Assembly: GCA_022711405.1 (NCBI GenBank)
Contig: JAKLFC010000009.1
Location: 3,771-67,770, forward strand
Length of the DNA stretch: 64,000 nt
Direction: 5' to 3'
Source: Bacteroidota bacterium
GTDB lineage: Bacteria; Bacteroidota; Bacteroidia; Bacteroidales; JAGONC01
Shown: positions 55,221 to 64,000 of the stretch, one piece after another
Layout: each line of letters starts with the position of its first letter
Numbering within the stretch: the first letter of the stretch is position 1
Made by a program: the position numbers and the translations under genes
Notes under the pieces: model-generated
Databases searched by the model: none
What the model saw: only the letters and a program-made list of their open reading frames with translations
What the model was told of the DNA's origin: nothing

Positions 55221-56879
55221 TCACCCGCTAAAAGATGTTGGGATGATCAGATTGTCACGGATGGTCATGGGGATATCGGGCACCGGTACCTTCATCACAT
55301 TAGCTATCTCATTGAAAATGAATAAAATATTCTCCCAGGAAGCCTTTTCCATGAAGGCTATGGTCAGTTGCTGGCGCAGATGAAATAATTGAAGCCGCTG
55401 TTCGTCAGTAAAAAGTTTACGGTTATAATATGTCCGTTCTTCGGTATAATGATAGGGTATCCTGGTCACCTGTCTGAACAACTCATATCCGTAACCGGGA
55501 GTTTCGCCTGAGTTCATGGTGTAATGGGACCATTGGTCTACATAGCCGGTGATGTTCCACTGATCCCGGAACTCTTTGCGGGCCAGGTCGGAGAAGGGCG
55601 AGATGATCAGCGGGAACAGCAGGTAGCTGGAGGAAGCCAGGCCAATGTGCAGGCTGTTGAGGAAGGAGGCGGTCTGGTGGATGGTCTCCCGTGTTTCTCC
55701 CGGAAATCCCACGATGAAGGTCATCAGCGCCGTGATCCCGTTCTGGTCAAGGATTTCAATTCCCCTCCTTACCGCTTCCAGGTTCTGTGATTTGTTCATT
55801 CGCTGGAGCTGCCCTTTGTCGCCTGATTCAATCCCCAGAAGGGAGATCAGCAATCCTGAGCGTTTGATATCCTCAATGTTCGATTCATTGACCGACGAGG
55901 TCCGCATAAATCCGATCCACTGCGTTATACCCGACTCCATGAACGCTTGCGTCACCTCCTTCACTCTTCGGGAGTTGATAAAGACATTGTCGTCGGTTGG
56001 ATGCAGGATGAATGTCCGGTTGCCGATCCGTTGGCGGATCATGCTGAGCTCGGCCATCAGGCTTTCTTTGGAGCGTATGAAGATCTGCGGATAGAGCTGG
56101 TAGAAGTCGCAATAGCGGCAGCGGAACGGGCACCCGACCGAGGTTCTGACAGGGATCTGTTCGGGCAGGTCGTCAAGCAGGTCCCAGCGGGTGAAATCCC
56201 GGTCATAGTCCACCTGCTCGGTCCTGCGTTCAGTGAAATGAAACGAGCCGTCGGGAAGCGGCAGGGCCAGGTTGGGGATGTGGGAGAAACCATCTTTTTT
56301 CCCCTGAGAAAGTGCATCAAGGACTTGAAGCAGGGGCTCTCTTCCATGGGGGGCGGCGACGTATATGTCGGCCGGTATGTGCGTGCTGTGCACATTGAAC
56401 AGCAATGGATTGATATCGTCCCCGGGTGCCGGCTGATCCTGATGGGAAGCGAAGAACTGGTAGCTTTTCCACACAAAAACGCCGCCTGCGATCAGCGGGA
56501 TACCGGGCATGTGGCGGCGGATCTCCAGCACCAGTTGTTTAAGGGATTCAGTGCTCAGGATCATGGTGGTTGACAGGCAGATGGCAAAAGGATCAGCGTC
56601 TGCCAGCCGCTTGAGCTCTGTATCTGAACACTGGTATGTGGTTACTGTTTCATAGCCCTGCTCACGGAGCAGCCCTGTCAGGTAAAAACCGGCTGCCGGC
56701 ATCATATCCCTTTTCGAGGGGATGGCCGGCAGCCGGTCGTACCTGAATCCGCTCTGCATCAGTTCATACAGGGTGGACAGGGTCAATTCGCGGTTGCTTC
56801 CCTTCAGCTTCAGGGTCAGGTCGAGGTGATACTGGGTCACATCAACCATGGGTGCAATGACCGCAACCGTCTTCCCCAT
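55221..56879 (-). CDS. B12-binding-domain radical SAM enzyme (BchE/P-methylase-like class B)
   Basis: 552 aa. The N-terminal Rossmann-like region (AICLSTTMILS...PLIAGGVF) is followed by VGCPFRCRYCDF (CX3CX2C). Confidence 0.8.
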   Translation of the reverse strand: MGKTVAVIAPMVDVTQYHLDLTLKLKGSNRELTLSTLYELMQSGFRYDRLPAIPSKRDMMPAAGFYLTGLLREQGYETVTTYQCSDTELKRLADADPFAICLSTTMILSTESLKQLVLEIRRHMPGIPLIAGGVFVWKSYQFFASHQDQPAPGDDINPLLFNVHSTHIPADIYVAAPHGREPLLQVLDALSQGKKDGFSHIPNLALPLPDGSFHFTERRTEQVDYDRDFTRWDLLDDLPEQIPVRTSVGCPFRCRYCDFYQLYPQIFIRSKESLMAELSMIRQRIGNRTFILHPTDDNVFINSRRVKEVTQAFMESGITQWIGFMRTSSVNESNIEDIKRSGLLISLLGIESGDKGQLQRMNKSQNLEAVRRGIEILDQNGITALMTFIVGFPGETRETIHQTASFLNSLHIGLASSSYLLFPLIISPFSDLARKEFRDQWNITGYVDQWSHYTMNSGETPGYGYELFRQVTRIPYHYTEERTYYNRKLFTDEQRLQLFHLRQQLTIAFMEKASWENILFIFNEIANVMKVPVPDIPMTIRDNLIIPTSFSG

Positions 56880-56887
56880 ACGGGAAA

Positions 56888-59821
56888 CTAATAGTTAAAG
56901 ATTTCTTCCAGTGTCAGCTCTTTCACCGGGCCTATTTTCCCGAGCAGATCCAGCCTGACGTCCCCCTTCTTTCCCAGCACCAGGTAGGTATAGTTTTTCC
57001 CTTTGATATGCTGATCAAAAAAGGCATTCAGGTCATCCAGGGTCATACCCTGAACATTATCATAGATGTCTTTCCGGATATCGTAGGTGATCCCTTTATC
57101 GAGGTTCGACAGATACGTCCAGAAAATCTGTGCTTTGATGATCCTTTCCGAGTCCAGCTGCTTGATCAGGGATTCTTTGGCCATGTTGAACTGAATCTCC
57201 GCTCTGGGCATCTCATTCATCAGCCCCAGCATGGTGTTGGTTGCCTCCATTAGCTTGTCGGCCTGGGTTCCCACAAAAGCATAGTTAAAATTGCTCCGGT
57301 CGGGTTTATCTGCCATCGCATAGGAGGCGAAGGCTGAATAGGCAAGACCCCTTGCCTCCCTGATCTCCTGGAAAACGATCGAGGACAGACCTGAGCCAAA
57401 ATATTCCCCGAACATTCGGGCAGACGGATAGAGGGACTTGTCGAACAGCTGATCTTTTGACACCAGCAGCAGGTTGACCTGGGTCATGTCATAATTGACA
57501 AAATAGACCTGGTTTTGTTTTGTTTCCTGTTCAGTGTATAAAACCGGCTGGGGATATTCCTTCAGTGGTTCGGTCACTATGTGATGGGTGTTCAGCATTT
57601 CCTTGACTTTGTTCATTTCTTCCTGTCCATAATAGAAGATCTTGTGTTTATATGCATAAATCCCCTTGATCAAATCGGTAAGTGCTTCAGGATTAAGGGA
57701 ATTCAGTTCCTCCTCGTTAAGGATATCCGTATAGGGAGAAATCGGTCCGTATTTACCGTAATTGAACATGGCACCCCAGAGGATAGTGCTGTTATTTAGC
57801 TTATTGTCGGCCCTGTCTTTCAGGATTCCCTTCACATATTCCGAATAGGCGGCCGGATCAGGTTTTGCGCTGGAGAGGACGTGCTCAAGCAGCTCGACTC
57901 CTTTATCGAATGATTTTTGCAGTCCGGAGATCGAGATGTACGACCGGTCATTCCCGGCGCTAACACTCATTCGAAGTCCATAACGGAAAAATTCCTTCTG
58001 CAGGTCGGCAGGCGAATATTTATCGGTGCCCAGGTACGGTAAATAATTCACTGCGATCGGGAGGTTCCGGTCATGATTTTTTCCCATATCGATGATATAA
58101 TTCAGGCTGAACAATTCATTGGTGGGATTCTTCATGTAATAATATTCCACCCCCTCTTTGAATGTCTCTTTGTTGATCTCTTTTTCAAAATCGAGGAACA
58201 CAGGTTTTATGTCCTCTGAAGGGATCTCGCTGAACTGCCTGGCAAATTCAGATTGCAGGCCACGGTTGACAGGCACTGCGGTGATGGGAGGTTTTTCCAC
58301 TTTTTCGACGGCATCCTTCTCTCCCAGACGCTTATAGACCACCACATAATTATCTGTATAATGATCTTTGACGAACTGGATCAGTTCTTCTCTGGTGATC
58401 TTCTCCATTTCATCAATGAATCCCAGCTGGGTTTTCCGGTCGATGCCATTGGTAAATCCGGACACCAGGGTAAATGCGCGGGCCATGTTGCTTTCCTCCC
58501 TGCGGATCTCACTGAGCCGGAAGTCGTTGATCACAGCTTCGAGCATCCAGTCGTCGAATTCCCCCTTTTTCACTTTTTCAATTTCACCCAGCAACAGGTC
58601 CTTCACCTCTTCCAGGGTCTGTCCCTGGCGGGGATTGCCATAGAACAGGTGGATCCCGTAATCACGCAGGAACTGGGCGGTGGAACCGGCCCTGAGCACT
58701 TTTTGCTGCTGGTTCAGGTCCAGGTCGATCAAGCCCGCCTGGCTGTTGCTGAGCATCTGGTCGAGCAGGGTGACATATTTACGGTCGGAGGAGGTAAATC
58801 CTCCGAAACGGAACGCAAAGTTAACCGATTCGGCATCCGGCCCATGGACCTCTTTTACAACGGGCTGTGAGATGGGCTCTTCAACCGGTTGGGTGATCGC
58901 AGGCAGTTCTGACGGTTTCTTATCTCCGAAATACTGGTTTACGAGTTGAATGGTCTTGTCCGGATCCAGGTCCCCTGAAAGGACAATGGCCATGTTATTG
59001 GGTACATAGAAAGTACGGTAGAAATTATAGATGTTCACCATCGAAGGATTCTTCAGGTGTTCGGGCAGTCCGATCACGTCCCTGCCATAGGGGTGCGAGG
59101 GGAACAATCCTTCCATGAGGGCATTGCTTGCACGGCTGTCATCCATATCATTGTACATGTTGTATTCTTCGTAGACCGTTTCCAGCTCAGTGTGGAAAAG
59201 GCGCAGCACCACATCCCCGAACCGTTCGCTTTCCAGGGTGAGCCATTTTTCAAGTTCATTGGAAGGGATGTCGTTGATATAGACCGTCTGATCGTAGGAT
59301 GTTCCTGCATTGGTGTTTTTAGCTCCCAGGGAAGAGACGAGCTTATCGTATTCGTTGGTAGCCACATACTGAGCTGAAATCTGCGAGAGGCTGTCGATCT
59401 TTTTATAGATGGCCAGCTTCTCTGCAGTATCATTGGTGGCCCGGTGCTCCTCGAACAGGTCGGAGATCTGCTGAATGAGCTTTGACTCCTCTTCCCAGTT
59501 GGTGGTGGCGATCTTTTGGGTTCCCTTGAACATCAGATGTTCGAAATAATGGGCAAGGCCGGTGGTCTCCGCCGGATCGGAAGCGGAACCGGCACGGATG
59601 GGGATCAGGGTCTGGATCCGTGGCTGATCTTTATTCACAGAGAGGTACACTTTCAATCCGTTTCCAAGAGTGTAAATCCTTGCATTCAGTGGATCATTGG
59701 TCACGGTCTCATAGGAATAGCCATTGCTGTCAGTTTTGGTCTCGACCCGGTACTTTTCAGTTGTACAGGAGAAGAATCCTGCCAGTGCGATGACAATTAA
59801 AAACAGGCCTGATTTTTTCAT
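56888..59821 (-). CDS. M16-family (insulinase/pitrilysin-like) zinc peptidase, double-length
   Basis: 977 aa with a lipoprotein-type signal (LAGFFSC). It has the inverted zinc motif HxxEH (HYFEHLMFKG). Its length fits four M16 half-domains. Confidence 0.85.
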   Translation of the reverse strand: MKKSGLFLIVIALAGFFSCTTEKYRVETKTDSNGYSYETVTNDPLNARIYTLGNGLKVYLSVNKDQPRIQTLIPIRAGSASDPAETTGLAHYFEHLMFKGTQKIATTNWEEESKLIQQISDLFEEHRATNDTAEKLAIYKKIDSLSQISAQYVATNEYDKLVSSLGAKNTNAGTSYDQTVYINDIPSNELEKWLTLESERFGDVVLRLFHTELETVYEEYNMYNDMDDSRASNALMEGLFPSHPYGRDVIGLPEHLKNPSMVNIYNFYRTFYVPNNMAIVLSGDLDPDKTIQLVNQYFGDKKPSELPAITQPVEEPISQPVVKEVHGPDAESVNFAFRFGGFTSSDRKYVTLLDQMLSNSQAGLIDLDLNQQQKVLRAGSTAQFLRDYGIHLFYGNPRQGQTLEEVKDLLLGEIEKVKKGEFDDWMLEAVINDFRLSEIRREESNMARAFTLVSGFTNGIDRKTQLGFIDEMEKITREELIQFVKDHYTDNYVVVYKRLGEKDAVEKVEKPPITAVPVNRGLQSEFARQFSEIPSEDIKPVFLDFEKEINKETFKEGVEYYYMKNPTNELFSLNYIIDMGKNHDRNLPIAVNYLPYLGTDKYSPADLQKEFFRYGLRMSVSAGNDRSYISISGLQKSFDKGVELLEHVLSSAKPDPAAYSEYVKGILKDRADNKLNNSTILWGAMFNYGKYGPISPYTDILNEEELNSLNPEALTDLIKGIYAYKHKIFYYGQEEMNKVKEMLNTHHIVTEPLKEYPQPVLYTEQETKQNQVYFVNYDMTQVNLLLVSKDQLFDKSLYPSARMFGEYFGSGLSSIVFQEIREARGLAYSAFASYAMADKPDRSNFNYAFVGTQADKLMEATNTMLGLMNEMPRAEIQFNMAKESLIKQLDSERIIKAQIFWTYLSNLDKGITYDIRKDIYDNVQGMTLDDLNAFFDQHIKGKNYTYLVLGKKGDVRLDLLGKIGPVKELTLEEIFNY

Positions 59822-59954
59822 AAAGATAATTTTTGCTATTTGTACTGGACGTTAAAATAATGACTGGAAAAGGGTTGTAAAAGTAAGGAAATATTTCAAA
59901 GGCGAAGGGATTAAAAAACCATCGAGATATGATTACAGTATGTGATTAAGGAAT

Positions 59955-60530
59955 TTATTCCCCCCCCTCCTTGCCCAGCGATCTTTTTGGCCTGATCCTG
60001 AAATGGTAATTCAAATAGAAAATTCCCTGTAGTAAGATTACCACACCAAAAAGGAAATGAGGCCCCCGGTTATAAAACTCAAAAAAGCCAAATGTTCCCC
60101 AGATGACTACACCATACCAGATCAAAAAGAAAATACCTGCATACAGTTCCCACTTCCAGGAAAGGATCGTTCCTGCCAGGAAAAGGCCAAGAAGAACAGG
60201 GAATAGTACGCCCGGAATCGTGAGAAAGTCAATCGGGTCACTGTACATGAAATCCTGGGCCATGTATAAACCGTATAAAAGGATATAATTGATTAGCAAG
60301 ACCCGGAGAATGAACTTCCATTGCTGTTGCTTCGCAGGAGGTGGTGACTGGCGGTTTTTGTACCATCCGAGAAGCGATACTGCCCCCAAAAAAAGCAATG
60401 GAACTGCTAATATAAGATCCATGCCATCACCGCGGTTGATAAACACTCCATTGATCCATACTCCCATATTCAGGACCAGTAAAAGGATCCCTGCAATAAG
60501 CAGGCTGAGGGTTAAAAATTTTGATTTCAT
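59955..60530 (-). CDS. Polytopic membrane protein of unknown function
   Basis: 191 aa with about 6 TM helices and no recognisable motif. Confidence 0.55.
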   Translation of the reverse strand: MKSKFLTLSLLIAGILLLVLNMGVWINGVFINRGDGMDLILAVPLLFLGAVSLLGWYKNRQSPPPAKQQQWKFILRVLLINYILLYGLYMAQDFMYSDPIDFLTIPGVLFPVLLGLFLAGTILSWKWELYAGIFFLIWYGVVIWGTFGFFEFYNRGPHFLFGVVILLQGIFYLNYHFRIRPKRSLGKEGGE

Positions 60531-60592
60531 GATTTAGTTTTTTTATGACTGTATAATTTCTGGTTCGTTTTATCGGATGCTCTAATAAGTAT

Positions 60593-61897
60593 TTACAATA
60601 CCACCCTTTCCGGCCAGGGATCGACTTTAGCAGTGCCCCAGAGTTTATTGATATAGTCGATGGAGAAAAAGTCCTCAAAGGCATGGATCCAGTATGTACC
60701 CCTATCCGTTAGCCGGATATGATCGCTGCCGTTTGACAGATATCCCAGACCAGACATAAGGTTTATGAATTTCCCGAATTTCCTGCCAAAACCGGTGTTG
60801 AACCTTTTCTCAAAATCGCTTTTTCTGAACTGTGTTTCATAGATCCTCCAGTAAAGCCAGCCCGACATTTGCATCTCTTCTGAAAGATCAATGGACAGGG
60901 CAATGGGCGATTTTCCCGCATTGATTGCTTTAATATATTCATCCACACTGAATGTGTTTACATAAAAAATATCCCTCAGATAGGAACTTCCGCTGGCTCC
61001 CAATCCAACATAAAGAGGAACAGTTACAGAACAGTACTTATCAGTCCCCTTTTTGGTGAACGCCCAGACAGAACTCCGCTCAAAGCCGGAATCATAAAAA
61101 ACATCCTCCAGTATCTTCAGCAGTTTCCTTCGCCGAAACATGGTCGCTAATGCGTATCTATGATGATTTGTTACCATACTCCAGCGCGTGTAGGGAAACC
61201 TGAAAAGAGGATACGTAGCTACCTGGTGGACACCCAGTTTTACCATGTCATGGGCTGCCTGTTCTACCTCTTCAGCAGTCTGTCCGGGAAGATCGAACAT
61301 ATAATCCATGTTGACGCACTCAAAGCTTCTTCCGACAGCCTTCTCAACGCTTTTTTTCACTTCGGCAACCGTATATGGCCGTTCAATGGATCTCAGGTGC
61401 CGGTCCTGCAATGCTTCAACTCCCATACTCAGGTACTTTACCCCCATGGCTTCAATGGCGTCAAGGTTTTCGGGAGTCAGGTGGTTCGGATGGCTCTCCA
61501 TATGGACATAACATTTCATATTGAAATGGTTGTAAATATGGTTGATGATCTCCTCAAGGCCTTTTCCCAGCATCGTGGTCGGAGTGCCGCCGCCTATGTA
61601 GAAGCTTGTTACCGGCTTACCTGATACTATGGGAACATAAGAGTCTATCTCTTTTAAAACAGCTTTTTTGTAGCTCTGACATGCCGTAGGTTCATAAATT
61701 TCCTTATTATAGGGGCAATATGGGCAAATCTGGTTGCAGAACGGAACATGAAGATAGATTCCCAGCTCTGGAATATCTTCGAATTTTTGGGCTAACGATT
61801 CACGCGAAGGGATGCTGTTATCAAATACAATTTCCTTTTGCCCGCTGAAGTGCCTGCTTATTTTATTTCTTAAAAAATCAGAGATCATCGTGATCAA
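60593..61897 (-). CDS. HemN-like (class C type) radical SAM enzyme
   Basis: 434 aa. The motifs are HVPFCNQICPYCPY (CX3CX2C), FYIGGGTPT and a HemN_C-like tail. Oxygen-independent coproporphyrinogen oxidase cannot be told apart from a class C methyltransferase on sequence alone. Confidence 0.8.
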   Translation of the reverse strand: MITMISDFLRNKISRHFSGQKEIVFDNSIPSRESLAQKFEDIPELGIYLHVPFCNQICPYCPYNKEIYEPTACQSYKKAVLKEIDSYVPIVSGKPVTSFYIGGGTPTTMLGKGLEEIINHIYNHFNMKCYVHMESHPNHLTPENLDAIEAMGVKYLSMGVEALQDRHLRSIERPYTVAEVKKSVEKAVGRSFECVNMDYMFDLPGQTAEEVEQAAHDMVKLGVHQVATYPLFRFPYTRWSMVTNHHRYALATMFRRRKLLKILEDVFYDSGFERSSVWAFTKKGTDKYCSVTVPLYVGLGASGSSYLRDIFYVNTFSVDEYIKAINAGKSPIALSIDLSEEMQMSGWLYWRIYETQFRKSDFEKRFNTGFGRKFGKFINLMSGLGYLSNGSDHIRLTDRGTYWIHAFEDFFSIDYINKLWGTAKVDPWPERVVL

Positions 61898-62772
61898 AAA
61901 TATTTCAACGCATTGATAACAGCTCCGGGTTTCAGTTTCAGGGTCTGGTCAATCTCAGCATAGCTCAGATAACCACAATCCCTGCAAAGGGCACCATGAT
62001 TGTTTTCCCTGCAACAGGGATAATATGTTCCATTCTCGTATACCCTGCATACAGTAAGATTCTTCTTCCAGTCGTTTCGTATGGCTGATTTCAGTCCGGA
62101 TGAAGAGTTCAGGATCCTGTATTGCTTTTTCAGCCCCAGCAATTTCATCAGGATTTCCTTCTTTGTTGCGGTATCCAGAAAAAGTTCATCATAACCATAG
62201 TAGGGCGTATGGAAGTAAAAGAAGGTACCTTTGACCTGCAGTATTCTGCTGATGTATTCACAAAATCCAGGTATGTCATCTTTATTCACGGAATTGATCG
62301 TATAATTGATAAAAACAGATGGGTGGCCTGACTGCCTGATATTCTGGATGATCCTGTCAAATGTTTTTCCCCTCAACGCATCATGGGTGTCCTTCAATCC
62401 GTCAACGCTGACAAAGATGGTATCCGCATCCGATTCGATCGGCAGGGTTCCGTTCGTATAGATGATGACCGCATAATACCCTCTTTTCCTTGCGTAATGA
62501 ACAATATCTTCCATGGTGTATGGATCCTCTTTCCATAAAAACGGTTCCCCTCCCTCCAGATAAAGACAGCGTCCTCCCTCCTCATAAAAGGAATCAATCA
62601 CTCCAATCGCCTCCTCATAGCTCATGATAGCATCTGACCGGTCAACCACAGCACAGTGACGGCATCGAAGGTTACACCTGTTATGCAGAACCAATCCGCA
62701 GATAAGGGGATTTGTCCTGCCGAAGAGCCAGTAATTAGCCAGGTATTTTATTCCATAAAATAAATGTTTCAT
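61894..62772 (-). CDS. Radical SAM enzyme with Cys-rich C-terminal tail
   Basis: 292 aa. The motifs are HNRCNLRCRHC (CX3CX2C), LEGGEPFL and a C-terminal Cys-rich stretch CRVYENGTYYPCCRENNHGALCRDCGY. Its stop overlaps the start of the HemN-like gene by 4 nt. Confidence 0.8.
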   Translation of the reverse strand: MKHLFYGIKYLANYWLFGRTNPLICGLVLHNRCNLRCRHCAVVDRSDAIMSYEEAIGVIDSFYEEGGRCLYLEGGEPFLWKEDPYTMEDIVHYARKRGYYAVIIYTNGTLPIESDADTIFVSVDGLKDTHDALRGKTFDRIIQNIRQSGHPSVFINYTINSVNKDDIPGFCEYISRILQVKGTFFYFHTPYYGYDELFLDTATKKEILMKLLGLKKQYRILNSSSGLKSAIRNDWKKNLTVCRVYENGTYYPCCRENNHGALCRDCGYLSYAEIDQTLKLKPGAVINALKYF

Positions 62773-62780
62773 CCGGGAAA

Positions 62781-63545
62781 TTATTTTGCTGACACAAATC
62801 CTGAAAGCCTGGCCGCAATTTTTCGTGGGATGAACCGCACCATAAAAACCTGCATCTTATTTGCCATCCCTGGAACCACCAGGTGTTTCCCATTCATCAA
62901 CCCATTATATCCGTTTTCAGCGATTCTGGCAGGATCCATTATCGGGAAAAAGAACGTTCCCCTTCTTTTATTGAGATCCTGAAAGGTTGTATTTGTTCCG
63001 CCCGGGCACAGGGCGGTGACGGTGACTCCCGATCCCGATACTTCTTCGGCAACTGCTTCTGTGAAGCTCAGCAGAAAGCTTTTTGCTGCGCAATAGATTG
63101 CATTATAAGGACCGGGCACAAATGAACCTGTGGAACATACATTCAGTATGCCCCCTGCTCCTTTCATTATCATATCAGGGAGAAACAGCTTGGCAAGCCG
63201 GATGTGATTGATACATTGTAATCGGATCAGCTTTTCTTCCTCATCCCATGAAGTGGCTGTAAAAGAGCCCTTTACATAAAAACCGGCATTATTGATCAGG
63301 TAATCAACGGTAAACGATTTTTCCCGGGTCCATCTGAAGATTTCGTCTGCGGCATGTGGCTGACTTAAATCAATAGAAATTATCTGAGCATCAATTTGAT
63401 ACCTTTTCCTCAGTTCATCGGCCACCTGCGCCAGCTTCTCTTCCTGGCGTGCCACAAGAATGACATGATGACCTTTCCTGGCAAAGTGCCTGGCCAGTTC
63501 ATAGCCAATGCCACTGGATGCTCCGGTAATCAGGGCATTACTCAT
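62781..63545 (-). CDS. Short-chain dehydrogenase/reductase (SDR)
   Basis: 254 aa. The motifs are TGASSGIGYELA, NNAG and YCAAK (YxxxK). Confidence 0.85.
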   Translation of the reverse strand: MSNALITGASSGIGYELARHFARKGHHVILVARQEEKLAQVADELRKRYQIDAQIISIDLSQPHAADEIFRWTREKSFTVDYLINNAGFYVKGSFTATSWDEEEKLIRLQCINHIRLAKLFLPDMIMKGAGGILNVCSTGSFVPGPYNAIYCAAKSFLLSFTEAVAEEVSGSGVTVTALCPGGTNTTFQDLNKRRGTFFFPIMDPARIAENGYNGLMNGKHLVVPGMANKMQVFMVRFIPRKIAARLSGFVSAK

Positions 63546-63567
63546 AAAGTATTCATGATCATTATCT

Positions 63568-63972
63568 TTACCGCATTACGAAAGGCACAATGATGGCGAT
63601 GATCCCCGTACATATCACCACCATCAGGAACAGGTTATACCGGACACTGTAGTTGCTCAGCAGCGAGGAATCATAATATTTGTCCACCTGCTGGTCCCGG
63701 TACATGGTCAGTAATCCATGTAAAAGTTTTGTGCGCGTTTGTTTTCCTTTCAGTAAGCCGAAAATGGCCACGATGTTGATCAGGATGACCAATGCGACAA
63801 AGATGAACATCACCACCAGGGTGGTATCATCGGTCCGTGATTTTTCGGCAGAACTGGCATTGATGGCCAGGGTGATCAGATTAAGGGCTATCGAAGACAG
63901 GATGAAAATGGTATCCGTCTTTGTATTTTGCTGCAGCTCATTGGTAATGTGCTGATGAACATGTTCGATCAT
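63568..63972 (-). CDS. Small membrane protein of unknown function
   Basis: 134 aa with about 3 TM helices. It is the first gene of the co-directional cluster visible in the window. The upstream region is cut off by the window end. Confidence 0.5.
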   Translation of the reverse strand: MIEHVHQHITNELQQNTKTDTIFILSSIALNLITLAINASSAEKSRTDDTTLVVMFIFVALVILINIVAIFGLLKGKQTRTKLLHGLLTMYRDQQVDKYYDSSLLSNYSVRYNLFLMVVICTGIIAIIVPFVMR

Positions 63973-64000
63973 GGCGTTAGAATTTTTGATTGGTTTTATT

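Overview
The window looks like chromosomal DNA from an anaerobic Bacteroidota-type organism. This is an inference from gene content: T9SS C-terminal sorting domains, FISUMP, DUF1573 and DUF4136-like lipoproteins, an anaerobic sulfatase maturase, five intact radical-SAM genes plus one remnant, and no visible Shine-Dalgarno dependence. I support about 58 protein-coding genes, three gene remnants and several families of short intergenic repeats. I found no rRNA, tRNA, CRISPR array, transposase or integrase.

Gene content from left to right:
- MBL-fold lactonase.
- OmpR-type two-component pair.
- TAT-exported Cys-type sulfatase.
- AT-richer islet carrying HepT/MNT, an unknown 378-aa protein and a PAS-LuxR regulator.
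- Ser-type sulfatase locus, followed by a deletion scar of a second sulfatase/maturase locus.
- Run of envelope and outer-membrane genes.
- GH63-like glucosidase, then gldA.
- creD operon.
- Transglutaminase-like lipoprotein and an NlpC/P60 peptidase.
- Amino-acid permease.
- Regulatory module: TPR hybrid kinase, LytTR regulator and a REC-only paralog, flanked by two giant secreted proteins.
- Radical-SAM / TetR / RND efflux / anSME block.
- M14 peptidase.
- GT39-like glycosyltransferase with a damaged 5' end.
- Seven-gene co-directional cluster holding three different radical-SAM enzymes, an SDR, an M16 peptidase and two small membrane proteins.

The two most promising candidates for something undescribed:
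1. The LytTR/hybrid-kinase circuit. Both giant target genes carry the same bipartite promoter, with direct repeats spaced 21 bp apart.
2. The triple radical-SAM cluster at 55.2-64.0 kb, which I cannot assign to any pathway.

All functional calls come from motifs I can read in the translations. No database search was run, so family names are recognition-level calls and need HMM or BLAST confirmation.
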